A stretch of DNA of 64,000 nt from an uncultured Syntrophus sp. (lineage in GTDB: Bacteria; Desulfobacterota; Syntrophia; Syntrophales; Syntrophaceae). A model generated the notes under the pieces. The model saw only the letters and a program-made list of their open reading frames with translations. It made no database searches and was not told where the DNA came from. Location of the stretch: NCBI GenBank assembly GCA_964555065.1, contig CAZKRB010000001.1, positions 43,413-107,412 on the forward strand, given 5' to 3'. Positions 31,727 to 41,228 of this stretch are shown one piece after another. The position numbers were made by a program, and so were the translations under genes. How positions within the stretch are numbered: position 1 is the first letter of the stretch; each line of letters starts with the position of its first letter.

Positions 31727-32049
31727 CGAGCGCTGCGGGTCTTCGCTTTTCGGAATCAGAAGCAATCTGATCAGAGGCAATCTGTAGAAATTGCACTGAC
31801 GGAGAAGATCCCGGACAGCGAACGGGGGTTTCTGATCCGCGGCGATGGAATGACTTCTCCCCGGTTGAGAGCTCACGGTTTGCGACTTATTGAAGAATTT
31901 ATCAAGACCCTGGAAGAAAACCATGCACAATGCCTGGAGCAAAAGAAATAACGTCAGCATCGATACCGACAGACTCCGTTATTGACTTTTCATATCCATT
32001 CAGAGAAAATATTTAATATATTCATAATGAAGGAGAGTATCAGGGCTAC

Positions 32050-32342
32050 GGATGAACTTTTTATTCTTCGCACCCGGACCTTAGAGATTAATCAAGGCCC
32101 ATCCGGACGCCCATGGAACCATGACCCGTGCAACGGCTAAGAATCTTCTGGGTGAGTGTATGACCATCGAGGCGCTGCGGCTGGAACGGCGCGGGGCATA
32201 CCTTCCGCAATTCCGCCGGGCGTTGCCCGAGGTAAAGGTCGTGCGCGATTACCAGGTGAAGAGAAAATTCAGGCAGCGAAGGATGATGAGCGGGATTCGA
32301 AGATCCTCCTGGTCAAAACGGACAGGGAATAGAATCCTCTGA
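32050..32342 (+). pseudogene. Truncated, frameshifted paralogue of 23043..23540
   Basis: DELFILRTRTL then a frameshift then MTRATAKNLLGECMTIEALRLE matches DELFLLRMRTL...MTNATARKLLDELMTIETLRLE; N-terminus missing. Confidence 0.8.
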
Positions 32343-32362
32343 GAAAAGGAGGAACTTCACGA

Positions 32363-32917
32363 ATGAGACGTTTCCACTTCATGATGATTCACTGGTTAAT
32401 CGTCGTATGCACCTTCGCTTTCGCAACTCCGGATCAAGCCGTAGCGGCATCCGCGGTGGAAATAAACCGCAGTGTCCGGATGGCCCTCCAAAATCTGAAC
32501 AATCGATCCGCTTTGGCCAGGGAGTTAGGTAAAAAGGCAAAAGCCGTCCTCGTCTTTCCGGATATAAGGAAGGGAGGCTTCATCGCGGGGGGGCAGTATG
32601 GGGAAGGCGCCCTGCTCCAAGGCGGGAAGATCATCGCTTACTATAAGGTCATCTCACCTTCTTATGGACCGGAATCGAGAATCCTCAAGTACGGCTATGC
32701 TCTGTTCTTCATGGCGGAGTCCGGCCAGGCTTATCTGGACCGGAGCAATGGGTGGGAACTCGGCACGACGCCGAACATTGCCATCATCGATACGGGCTCA
32801 GCGGTCGTGTCAAGCGCCGACGGCCAATCCGATGTGTATGCCTTCTTTTTCGATCAGTGGGGGCTGACCGCCAGCCTCGGCCTGCAGTACACGAAGATAA
32901 CCAGGATCAAGAAATAA
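32363..32917 (+). CDS. YSC84/SYLF domain exported protein (paralogue of 22449..23018)
   Basis: AKAVLVFPDIRKGGFIAGGQYGEGAL, SDVYAFFFDQ, KITRIKK. Confidence 0.85.
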   Translation: MRRFHFMMIHWLIVVCTFAFATPDQAVAASAVEINRSVRMALQNLNNRSALARELGKKAKAVLVFPDIRKGGFIAGGQYGEGALLQGGKIIAYYKVISPSYGPESRILKYGYALFFMAESGQAYLDRSNGWELGTTPNIAIIDTGSAVVSSADGQSDVYAFFFDQWGLTASLGLQYTKITRIKK

Positions 32918-33184
32918 ACAACGTCACTTACGACAGCCTCCATGAAAATCGTCACAGACGAGGAATCGGGGCAGCCGGTACGAATTTCGGGATTTCACAG
33001 GGAGAACGAGGAAAAACCCGGCAATAAAGGACCCGACCCTGACCGTTTCGAATCGCTATACCGCACCGCTGCCGACAGTGGACGGATGGAAGCGGAGGAA
33101 CGGTTTTGGCCTTTTGTTGTTGTCGAAGAGATCTGGGAACAGGCAAGGAAAGGATGGATCGAGGACACCCGAGGGAGGAGAGAG

Positions 33185-35932
33185 ATGGAGCGGAGAAGGC
33201 TCGATGAAACACGAGAGCAGAAGATCCCCTGGAAGAAGTGGGGTCCGTATCTGAGCGAGCGGCAATGGGGCACGGTTCGAGAGGATTACAGCGAAAACGG
33301 CGATGCCTGGAACTTCTTTACCCATGACCACGCCCGCTCCCGGGCCTACCGCTGGGGAGAAGATGGGTTGGGAGGGATCTCCGACGACAAGCAGCGGCTC
33401 TGCTTCGCCCTTTCATTGTGGAACGGCAGGGACCTGATTCTCAAGGAACGCCTCTTCGGCCTGACGAACAGTGAGGGGAACCACGGCGAGGACGTCAAGG
33501 AGTACTACTTCTACCTCGACAGCACGCCCACCCATTCCTACATGAAGTATCTCTATAAGTACCCCCAGGCGGCCTATCCCTACGCCAAACTGGTGGAGAC
33601 GAACCGGCGGCGCAGCCGGGAAGAGATGGAGTACGAGCTGCTCGATACCGGCGTCTTTGACGAAGACCGCTACTTCGATGTCTTTGTGGAGTATGCCAAG
33701 GCCGGCCCGGAGGATATCCTGGTGCAGATCACCGCCATCAATCGGGGACCGGAGGCAGCCGAGTTGCAGGTGCTGCCGACGCTGTGGTTCCGAAACGACT
33801 GGGCGTCCTGGGTGGCCAGACCCTCGGAGAAGCCGGTGCTCAGACAGGTCGAGGGACCGGAAGGTACAAGCTCGGTGACGGCGATTCATCCACTCCTGGG
33901 CGCCTATTGCCTGTATTGCGAAGGAAACGTGCCGCTCCTCTTTACCGAGAACGAAACGAACCATGCCCGGCTCGGCCTCGATTACCCGGACGCGGGCCCC
34001 TTCCTTAAGGATGGCATCAACAACTACGTGGTGAAGGGGGAGCAGAATGCGGTGAATCCCGAGAAGGCAGGGACGAAGGTGTCGGCGCAGTATCGGCTGA
34101 GAATCGCTCCCGGCCAGTCCGCCGCGATGCGGCTGCGCCTTTCGGACGCGGCTCCTGCCGGGAAGGAGACAACGCCTGAGGAGAATGGCTTTCCTTTCGG
34201 CCAGGGCTTCAGCGAAACCCTGGCCGAAAGGGTGCGGGAGGCGGATGCGTTCTATCGGTCCGTGACTCCACCCTCGGTTTCTCCCGATGCCGCCCATGTC
34301 ATGCGTCAGGCCATCGCCGGGATGCTCTGGTCCAAGCAGTACTACTACCTCGATGCCGACCAGTGGCTGGAGGAACATCGCGCGCACCCCCTCCATTTGG
34401 GAAGCCGCCACTTCCGGAACCGGGATTGGTTCCACATGGTCAATGAGGATATCATCTCCATGCCCGACAAATGGGAATATCCCTGGTACGCGGCCTGGGA
34501 CCTCGCCTTCCACACCCTTCCGCTCTCGATCGTGGACCCGGACTTTGCCAAGGAGCAGATGGTGCTGATGTTCCAGCGGTACTACATCCATCCCAGCGGG
34601 CAGCTCCCCGCCTACGAGTGGAACTTCAGCGACGTCAATCCCCCGGTCCATGCCTGGGCCACCCTCTTCCTTCACCGCACGGAACAGGCCCTGCGCGGCG
34701 AAGGGGATCTCGATTTCCTCAAGTCGTCCTTCAACAAACTCCTGCTGAACTTCACCTGGTGGGTGAACCGAAAGGATCGGTTCGGGAAGAACGTTTTCGA
34801 CGGGGGCTTTCTCGGCCTCGACAACATCGGCGTCTTCGACCGCAGCGCCCCCCTTCCCACCGGAGGCTACCTGGAGCAGGCCGACGGAACGGCGTGGATG
34901 GCCCTTTTCACCCAGAACATGGCCGAGATCGCCATGGAGCTTGCCAGCTATGATCCGGCGTACGAGGATCTGGCCTCCAAGTTTGTCGATCATTTTTTCT
35001 ATATCGCGGCAGCGATGAATCAGCCCGGCGACAACGGCATGTGGGACGAAGAAGACGGCTTCTACTACGATCTGCTGCGACTCCCGGACGGCAGCGCCAC
35101 CCGGCTCAAGGTGCGCTCCATGGTAGGGCTTCTGCCGCTGTGCGCCACGACGGTGATGGAAAAGTGGCAGCGCGAGCGGGTGCCCCGGGCGATGTCGGCG
35201 CTGCTTGCCCGCCTGCAGCAGATGCCCGAGCTTCTGGACTCGATCCACCCCACCGGCTCAGGTCACTACGGGGTCTATGAGAGGGGAATCGCCGCCCTGC
35301 TCAACCCGGAGCGGCTCCGCCGAATCCTCTCGAAGATGCTCGATGAGAACGAATTCCTGAGCCCCTACGGCATCCGCTCGCTCTCCAAGTTTCACGAGCG
35401 GCACCCCTATGTTCTGTATGCCGGAGGTCAGGAGTACCGGGTGAACTATCTTCCGGCGGAGTCGAACACAGGCATGTTCGGGGGAAACTCCAACTGGCGC
35501 GGCCCGATCTGGATGCCGGTGAATGTCATGATCATCCGGGGGCTCCTCAACTTTTATCTCTATTACGGGGATTCTTTCCAGATCGAGTGTCCGACCGGTT
35601 CCGGCAGGATGATGAACCTCTTCGAAGTGAGCAAGGAGATCGCCGAGCGGTTGACGGGCATCTTCCTGTGCAATGAAGAGGGCAGACGGCCCGTCTACGG
35701 CGGCACGGAGAAATTCCAGGACGACCCCCACTGGCGCGACTTCATTCTTTTCTATGAGTATTTCCACGGGGAAAACGGCGCCGGACTCGGCGCCAGTCAT
35801 CAGACGGGCTGGACCGGGCTGGTGGCGAAGCTCATCCAGCTCTTTGGCCTCCTCGATCCTCAGAAGGCCCTGGAGGTCGGCAAGGGGGCGGCCTTCATCC
35901 GCGAACAGCCGGAAGGAAAGGTGAAGAAATGA
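33185..35932 (+). CDS. MGH1-like / GH63-type glucosidase
   Basis: WKKWGPYLSERQWGTVREDYS, SMPDKWEYPWYAAWDLAFH, GLGASHQTGWTG; start moved to the ATG at 33185 after SD gggaggag. Confidence 0.9.
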   Translation: MERRRLDETREQKIPWKKWGPYLSERQWGTVREDYSENGDAWNFFTHDHARSRAYRWGEDGLGGISDDKQRLCFALSLWNGRDLILKERLFGLTNSEGNHGEDVKEYYFYLDSTPTHSYMKYLYKYPQAAYPYAKLVETNRRRSREEMEYELLDTGVFDEDRYFDVFVEYAKAGPEDILVQITAINRGPEAAELQVLPTLWFRNDWASWVARPSEKPVLRQVEGPEGTSSVTAIHPLLGAYCLYCEGNVPLLFTENETNHARLGLDYPDAGPFLKDGINNYVVKGEQNAVNPEKAGTKVSAQYRLRIAPGQSAAMRLRLSDAAPAGKETTPEENGFPFGQGFSETLAERVREADAFYRSVTPPSVSPDAAHVMRQAIAGMLWSKQYYYLDADQWLEEHRAHPLHLGSRHFRNRDWFHMVNEDIISMPDKWEYPWYAAWDLAFHTLPLSIVDPDFAKEQMVLMFQRYYIHPSGQLPAYEWNFSDVNPPVHAWATLFLHRTEQALRGEGDLDFLKSSFNKLLLNFTWWVNRKDRFGKNVFDGGFLGLDNIGVFDRSAPLPTGGYLEQADGTAWMALFTQNMAEIAMELASYDPAYEDLASKFVDHFFYIAAAMNQPGDNGMWDEEDGFYYDLLRLPDGSATRLKVRSMVGLLPLCATTVMEKWQRERVPRAMSALLARLQQMPELLDSIHPTGSGHYGVYERGIAALLNPERLRRILSKMLDENEFLSPYGIRSLSKFHERHPYVLYAGGQEYRVNYLPAESNTGMFGGNSNWRGPIWMPVNVMIIRGLLNFYLYYGDSFQIECPTGSGRMMNLFEVSKEIAERLTGIFLCNEEGRRPVYGGTEKFQDDPHWRDFILFYEYFHGENGAGLGASHQTGWTGLVAKLIQLFGLLDPQKALEVGKGAAFIREQPEGKVKK

Positions 35933-37413
35933 AACTCTGGCCGAAACACCCCGTGATCTATGAGATCAATACCTGGGTCTGGCTGCAGGAATTAAGTCAA
36001 AAATACGAAAGCCCGGTGACTTTGAGTAAGGTGCCCGTCGAGGAGTGGGACGGCCTTGCCGATCTGCAGCTTGATGCCGTCTGGTTCATGGGCGTCTGGG
36101 AGCGGAGCCCGGCAGGCATCGCCATTGCGAATCGGAATGAGGGGCTTCTTGAAGACTTCCGGCGGGCTCTTCCCGACTTTCGCCTCGAAGATAATGTGGG
36201 CTCGCCGTATTGTATTCGACGGTACGCGGTGGACAGACGCCTGGGAGGCGCGAGAGGCCTGGCCGGTGCCCGAAAGGAACTCGCCAAACGGGGGATCCGG
36301 CTGATCCTCGATTTCGTCCCCAATCACGTGGCGCCGGACCACCCCTGGGTCAAGGGGCATCCGGAGTACTTTATCCAGGGGAGCGCCGATGATGTGCAGC
36401 GGGATCCGGCGTCCTTTATCGAAGCAGGGGGAAAGGTCTTCGCATGCGGCCGGGATCCCTACTTTCCGGCCTGGCCGGATGTGCTGCAGTTAAATGCCTT
36501 TCAAGCGGGTCTCCGGGAGGCGGTCATCGAGACTCTTTCGGACATCGCCGGCCGGTGCGACGGGGTGCGCTGCGACATGGCCATGCTTGTCATCAACTCC
36601 GTCTTTGAACGCACCTGGGGTGACCGTGCGGGACAAACGCCGACAACAGAATACTGGCGGGAAATCATTGGCGCCGTCAAGGACAGGCACCGGGATTTCC
36701 TCTTCCTGGCCGAGGCATACTGGGACCTCGAATGGGATCTCCAGCAGCAGGGGTTTGACTACTGTTACGACAAGCGCCTGTACGACCGACTGGAACAGGG
36801 TGCCGCGGAGAGTGTGCGGCGACACCTCTGCGCGGATGGTGCCTACCAGGACAAACTGGTGCGCTTTATCGAAAATCACGATGAGCCCCGCGCTCTTTCG
36901 GTCTTTTCTTCCCGGAAGGAGCGGGCCGCCGCCCTAACCATTGCCACGATTCCGGGAGCCAGACTGTTTCATGAAGGGCAGTTCGAGGGCAGAAAGATCC
37001 GGCTTCCCGTTTTTCTGGGCCGCCGTCCTGTCGAACCGGTCGACCCGGATCTCCAGGCTTTCTACCGGGAACTGCTGAAAATCGGTTCCTTTGAGGGAAT
37101 CCGCAATGGCAGCTGGCAGCTCTGTGAGCGAACCGGCTGGCCGGACAATCCAAGTTTCCGGAACCTCGTTGTCTGGTGCTGGCGCGGAGCAGAGGAGGAT
37201 CACCTGATCATCGTGAATCTCTCGGAGGAGGGCGCCCAGGGACTGGTTCGGCTGCCCTGGGGCGAGCTGAAGGGCAGGAACTGGCAGATCAGGGATTTCT
37301 TTACCGGGGAACGGTACGAGCGCAACGGGGAAGAGATGTGCAGCCCGGGTCTCTACGTGGATCTCCCCCCCTGGGGATTTCACTTTCTGACGGGATGGAC
37401 GCCGGTGGAGTGA
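35929..37413 (+). CDS. Alpha-amylase family (GH13) glycosidase
   Basis: LILDFVPNH, DGVRCDMAM, FLAEAYW, FIENHDEPR conserved regions. Confidence 0.9.
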   Translation: MKLWPKHPVIYEINTWVWLQELSQKYESPVTLSKVPVEEWDGLADLQLDAVWFMGVWERSPAGIAIANRNEGLLEDFRRALPDFRLEDNVGSPYCIRRYAVDRRLGGARGLAGARKELAKRGIRLILDFVPNHVAPDHPWVKGHPEYFIQGSADDVQRDPASFIEAGGKVFACGRDPYFPAWPDVLQLNAFQAGLREAVIETLSDIAGRCDGVRCDMAMLVINSVFERTWGDRAGQTPTTEYWREIIGAVKDRHRDFLFLAEAYWDLEWDLQQQGFDYCYDKRLYDRLEQGAAESVRRHLCADGAYQDKLVRFIENHDEPRALSVFSSRKERAAALTIATIPGARLFHEGQFEGRKIRLPVFLGRRPVEPVDPDLQAFYRELLKIGSFEGIRNGSWQLCERTGWPDNPSFRNLVVWCWRGAEEDHLIIVNLSEEGAQGLVRLPWGELKGRNWQIRDFFTGERYERNGEEMCSPGLYVDLPPWGFHFLTGWTPVE

Positions 37414-37470
37414 GGTGTCTGTGAAATCTCATTTCTCAGTCCCGCCCCATCCTCAAAAGGGAGAAACGGT

Positions 37471-38967
37471 GTGAAACGAAGAGGAAGCGGCCTCTTGCTC
37501 CATGTAACGTCTCTGCCTTCCGTCCACGGCATCGGGGACCTGGGGCCGGCGGCCTATGCCTTCGTGGAGTTTCTCGTCAAGAGCCGGCAAAGCTACTGGC
37601 AGATTCTTCCCCTGAATCCCACAGACCCCACTTATCAGAACTCCCCCTACAGCGGTCTTTCCGCTTTTGCCGGCAATCCGCTCATGATCAGCCCGGAATT
37701 GCTTGTGCAGGAGAATTATCTGAAAAGTGAAGACATCGCCTCGCCCCCGCAATTCCCACCCGAGCGCGTTGACTTTCCCACGGTCCTCTCTTATAAAAAA
37801 CCCCTGCTCCACGTGGCCCTGAATCGCTTTAAGAAGCGGAAAGACAGAGGCGACTACGAGCGATTCTGTGCCGAAAATTCCGATTGGCTTGATGATTTTT
37901 CCCTTTTTGCCGCCCTGAGGGATCATTTCCGGGAACCTTCATGGGACCGGTGGCCGAGCGAGCTGCGGGACCGGAAGCCTGAGGCCATGGAGGAAATGGG
38001 GAAGGTTCTCCAGGAGAGAATTGAGGGGGAAAAATTCTTCCAGTTCCTCTTTTTCAAACAGTGGGACGCCCTCAAGAGCTTCTGTCATTCCTCCGGCATC
38101 CAGATGATCGGCGACATCCCGATCTATGTTGCCCACGGCAGCGCCGATGTCTGGTCAAATCCGGAATGCTTCAAGCTGAATCGACGGAAAAGGCCCAGCA
38201 TGGTTTCCGGTGCGCCCCCCGATCTTTTTTTTGGTGCGGGTCAAGTGTGGGGAACGCCTGTTTACCGGTGGGAGGTGTTGAAGGATACCGGTTATGCGTG
38301 GTGGTGCAGGCGGCTGGAGCATAACCTCCGGCTTCATGACTTCCTCCGGCTCGATCATTTCCGGGGGCTGGTCGCCTACTGGGAAGTGCCGGCGGGCAGC
38401 AAGACCGGCGCTGCCGGCCATTGGGCGGAGGCGCCTGCAACGGATTTCTTTCACGTCCTGTTCCGAAAGTTTTCCTGTCTGCCCCTGATTGCGGAGGACC
38501 TGGGGATGATTACCGCGGACGTCAGGGAATTGATGAGCCGCTTCGGCATCCCCGGCATGCGTCCCCTGATCGAGGCGTTCAGTGGCAATCCCGCCGGGAG
38601 CATTGCGGCGCCCCATCAGGTCGAGCGGAATTCCGTGGCCTATACCGGGACCCATGATTTCAATACGGTCCGGGGATGGTTCGAAAACGAGGCAACGCCG
38701 AAAAACAAAGAGGCCCTGTTTCGTTACCTCGGCCGCCCGGTATCCGCTGAAGAGGTTCCTTGGGAGTTCATCCGGCTGGCCATGATGTCCGCCGCAGAGA
38801 CGGTCATCATCCCCCTGCAGGATGTTCTCGGTCTGGACGGAAGAGCTCGGATGAACCGGCCGGGCACAATTTCCGGAAACTGGGAGTGGCGCTATTATCC
38901 GGAAGGGCTGACGCCGTCCATAGCCGAAAAGCTCAGGGAAATGACCGAAATTTATGGCAGAGAATGA
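37471..38967 (+). CDS. malQ: 4-alpha-glucanotransferase (GH77)
   Basis: GLLLHVTSLP, WQILPLNP, LRLDHFRG, IAEDLG, YTGTHD, RMNRPG. Confidence 0.95.
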   Translation: MKRRGSGLLLHVTSLPSVHGIGDLGPAAYAFVEFLVKSRQSYWQILPLNPTDPTYQNSPYSGLSAFAGNPLMISPELLVQENYLKSEDIASPPQFPPERVDFPTVLSYKKPLLHVALNRFKKRKDRGDYERFCAENSDWLDDFSLFAALRDHFREPSWDRWPSELRDRKPEAMEEMGKVLQERIEGEKFFQFLFFKQWDALKSFCHSSGIQMIGDIPIYVAHGSADVWSNPECFKLNRRKRPSMVSGAPPDLFFGAGQVWGTPVYRWEVLKDTGYAWWCRRLEHNLRLHDFLRLDHFRGLVAYWEVPAGSKTGAAGHWAEAPATDFFHVLFRKFSCLPLIAEDLGMITADVRELMSRFGIPGMRPLIEAFSGNPAGSIAAPHQVERNSVAYTGTHDFNTVRGWFENEATPKNKEALFRYLGRPVSAEEVPWEFIRLAMMSAAETVIIPLQDVLGLDGRARMNRPGTISGNWEWRYYPEGLTPSIAEKLREMTEIYGRE

Positions 38968-39026
38968 ATTTGTCTGCCATAAGAACTCCGGAACAGGAAA
39001 CGGATGTTATCAAGGAGGAAGATCGG

Positions 39027-40007
39027 ATGAAGGTTCTGGCAGGAGATATCGGAGGCACGTACACGCGGCTTGCCTATTTCGAAGCAGGCGGCGACGAGTT
39101 GACCCTGCTGGTCGAGGGGCGCTTTCCGAGCCGAAAAGCGGGCAGCCTGGAAGAGATTGTCGGAAACTTCAGCGTTGAGCAGGGATTGACGGTGGAGCGG
39201 GCCTGTTTCGGAATCGCAGGTCCGATCCGGCATGGCGCCGTCCGGACGCCGAACCTTCCCTGGAGTGTGACGGCGGATGCGTTGTCCCGTGCTTTGGGGA
39301 TTCCCGAGGTCAAGCTGATCAACGACCTGGAGGCGCATGTTTACGGAATCGATCTTCTGGGGCCGGAGGACTTCGAGGTCCTTAATCGGGGAGTTCCCAC
39401 CCCCACCGGAACCATCGCCCTGGTCTCGGCAGGAACCGGCCTGGGAGAGGCGGTGGCTTACTGGGATGGCGCCGCCCATCAGCCCTATCCCAGTGAGGGG
39501 GGGCACGCCGACTTCGCGCCCCGCAGCGAAATCGAGGCGGAACTGCTCCTCTTCCTGCGCGAGGAATTCGGGCGGGTCAGCGCGGAACGGGTTTTGTCCG
39601 GCCCCGGACTGCGGAACCTCTACCGGTTCCTGAAGGATGCGCGCCATCTGTCTGAAGGGCCTGGAGTTGCATCGGAAATGCTGGTGAATGACCCTCCGGC
39701 GGTTATCACCCGGGCGGCCCTGGCGGGTCATTGCCCCCTCTGCGAACAGGCCCTGGATCTCTTCGTTTCTCTCTATGGAGCGGAGGCGGGAAACGTGGCG
39801 CTGCGATACCTCGCCACCGGCGGCGTTTATCTGGGAGGAGGAATCGCCCCGAAGATCATCAAGCGGCTGAAAGGACCGGGTTTCATGCTCGCTTTTTCCG
39901 CCAAGGGACGACTGAGCCCGCTTTTGGAAACGATCCCGGTTAAGGTCATTCTCAACGAACGGAGTGCCCTGCTGGGCGCAGGCCGCTGTGCCGCAAGGGA
40001 AATCTGA
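39027..40007 (+). CDS. glk: Glucokinase
   Basis: LAGDIGGT, LINDLEA, GTGLG, SEGGH, GGVYLGGGIAP; start after SD aaggagg. Confidence 0.93.
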   Translation: MKVLAGDIGGTYTRLAYFEAGGDELTLLVEGRFPSRKAGSLEEIVGNFSVEQGLTVERACFGIAGPIRHGAVRTPNLPWSVTADALSRALGIPEVKLINDLEAHVYGIDLLGPEDFEVLNRGVPTPTGTIALVSAGTGLGEAVAYWDGAAHQPYPSEGGHADFAPRSEIEAELLLFLREEFGRVSAERVLSGPGLRNLYRFLKDARHLSEGPGVASEMLVNDPPAVITRAALAGHCPLCEQALDLFVSLYGAEAGNVALRYLATGGVYLGGGIAPKIIKRLKGPGFMLAFSAKGRLSPLLETIPVKVILNERSALLGAGRCAAREI

Positions 40008-40154
40008 AGAAAGAATTCCTCATCCACCTCCCCGGGCCGCCCGATCCCCGGATCGCTCTAAGGGCCGGACGGAGGCGGCCTTTGTCCGTGACGCTCCGAA
40101 ATGGTAAAGGAACACGGTGAAACTGAAAAATTCGGTATTTGAAGGAGACAACGC

Positions 40155-40343
40155 ATGAACCTGCTGCAACTTCTTATCCTGATCGCCGCCGCGGTCGCTG
40201 CCGGCTGGATCGTCTGGCAGGACCTTCCCCTGGAGATCCCCTTGGTCGTCTTCAAGGCACTGATGCTGGTTGTCAAACTGTTCATCTTACTGGCCCTGGC
40301 CGTTGCCGCGTACCTGTTTGCCGGACGGATGAAGCGCTCCTGA
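40155..40343 (+). CDS. Small hydrophobic membrane protein (62 aa)
   Basis: SD gaaggag; two hydrophobic helices and a basic C-terminus. Confidence 0.6.
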   Translation: MNLLQLLILIAAAVAAGWIVWQDLPLEIPLVVFKALMLVVKLFILLALAVAAYLFAGRMKRS

Positions 40344-40424
40344 AGGGAGGGATGGGAGCCGTAAGGGATTCCCCCCCAGCATGCCGGGCGGTCCATCCAA
40401 CTTTCCCTCCGGGCGGAGGGGCGT

Positions 40425-41170
40425 TCATCTTTTGTTCTGCTGGTCTGCTGCGGACCGGGCTGACTTTTTTGCCGCTTCCTGATCGCCGAGGTCGTATCTT
40501 CGAATCGGCTGCATATCGTCCTCGATCTCGTAGACCCACGGTCTTCCCGTCGGAATATTTAATTCCGCAAGCTCCTCGTCAGGGATGCGGTCCGCATATT
40601 TAATCAGGCCCCGCAGGGTATTTCCGTGGGCAACGAGAAGCACCCGCTTCCCCGCCCGGATGGCCGGTCCGATCCTCTCCTGCGCATAGGGGGTAAAACG
40701 ATCCAACGTGTTTTTCAGGGATTCTGTTGACGGGAGATCACCGGGGTGGAGTCCGGCGTATTTCGGATCATGACGGGGGTGGCGCGGATCATCCGCCGTG
40801 AGCGCCGGGGGCGGCACGTCAAAGCTGCGCCGCCAGAGCTTCACCCGCTCCTCACCGAGTTCCTCCTCTGCATCGCTCTTGTAAGCCCCTGAAGGGCGCC
40901 GTAGTGGCGCTCGTTCAGGCGCCAATTCTTCAGGACAGGGATCCACATGAGGTCCATCTCCTCGAGTACAATCCAGAGGGTCTTGATCGCCCGCTTGAGC
41001 ACAGAGGTGAAGGCGGCGTCGAAGACGTACCCTCCCTCCCGCAGGAGCCTTCCGGCCTCCCGGGCCTCCTCGATTCCCTTTTCCGAAAGCGGCACATCCG
41101 TCCAGCCGGTAAAGCGGTTTTCTTTGTTCCATGCGCTTTCTCCATGCCGCAGCAAGACGAGCGTTTTCAT
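40425..41170 (-). pseudogene. gpmA: 2,3-BPG-dependent phosphoglycerate mutase with a 1-bp frameshift
   Basis: LLRHGES...[13 protein letters not shown] in one frame; KSDA...LWRRSFDVPPP...AHGNTLR...NIPTG in the next; break near 40882. Confidence 0.88.
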
Positions 41171-41228
41171 TTCCTGCCTCCTCCATTGCCGCCTTGTTAT
41201 TCCTTTGAATGCACCCTGGCATCAGTGA

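Noticed and set aside
32942-33184. 81-aa N-terminal extension of the GH63-like ORF
   Set aside because: Family-like sequence and a strong SD begin at 33185; the extension looks like translated intergenic DNA
38760-39026. N-terminal extension of glucokinase
   Set aside because: Overlaps malQ; the kinase motif starts at MKVLAGDIGG with its own SD
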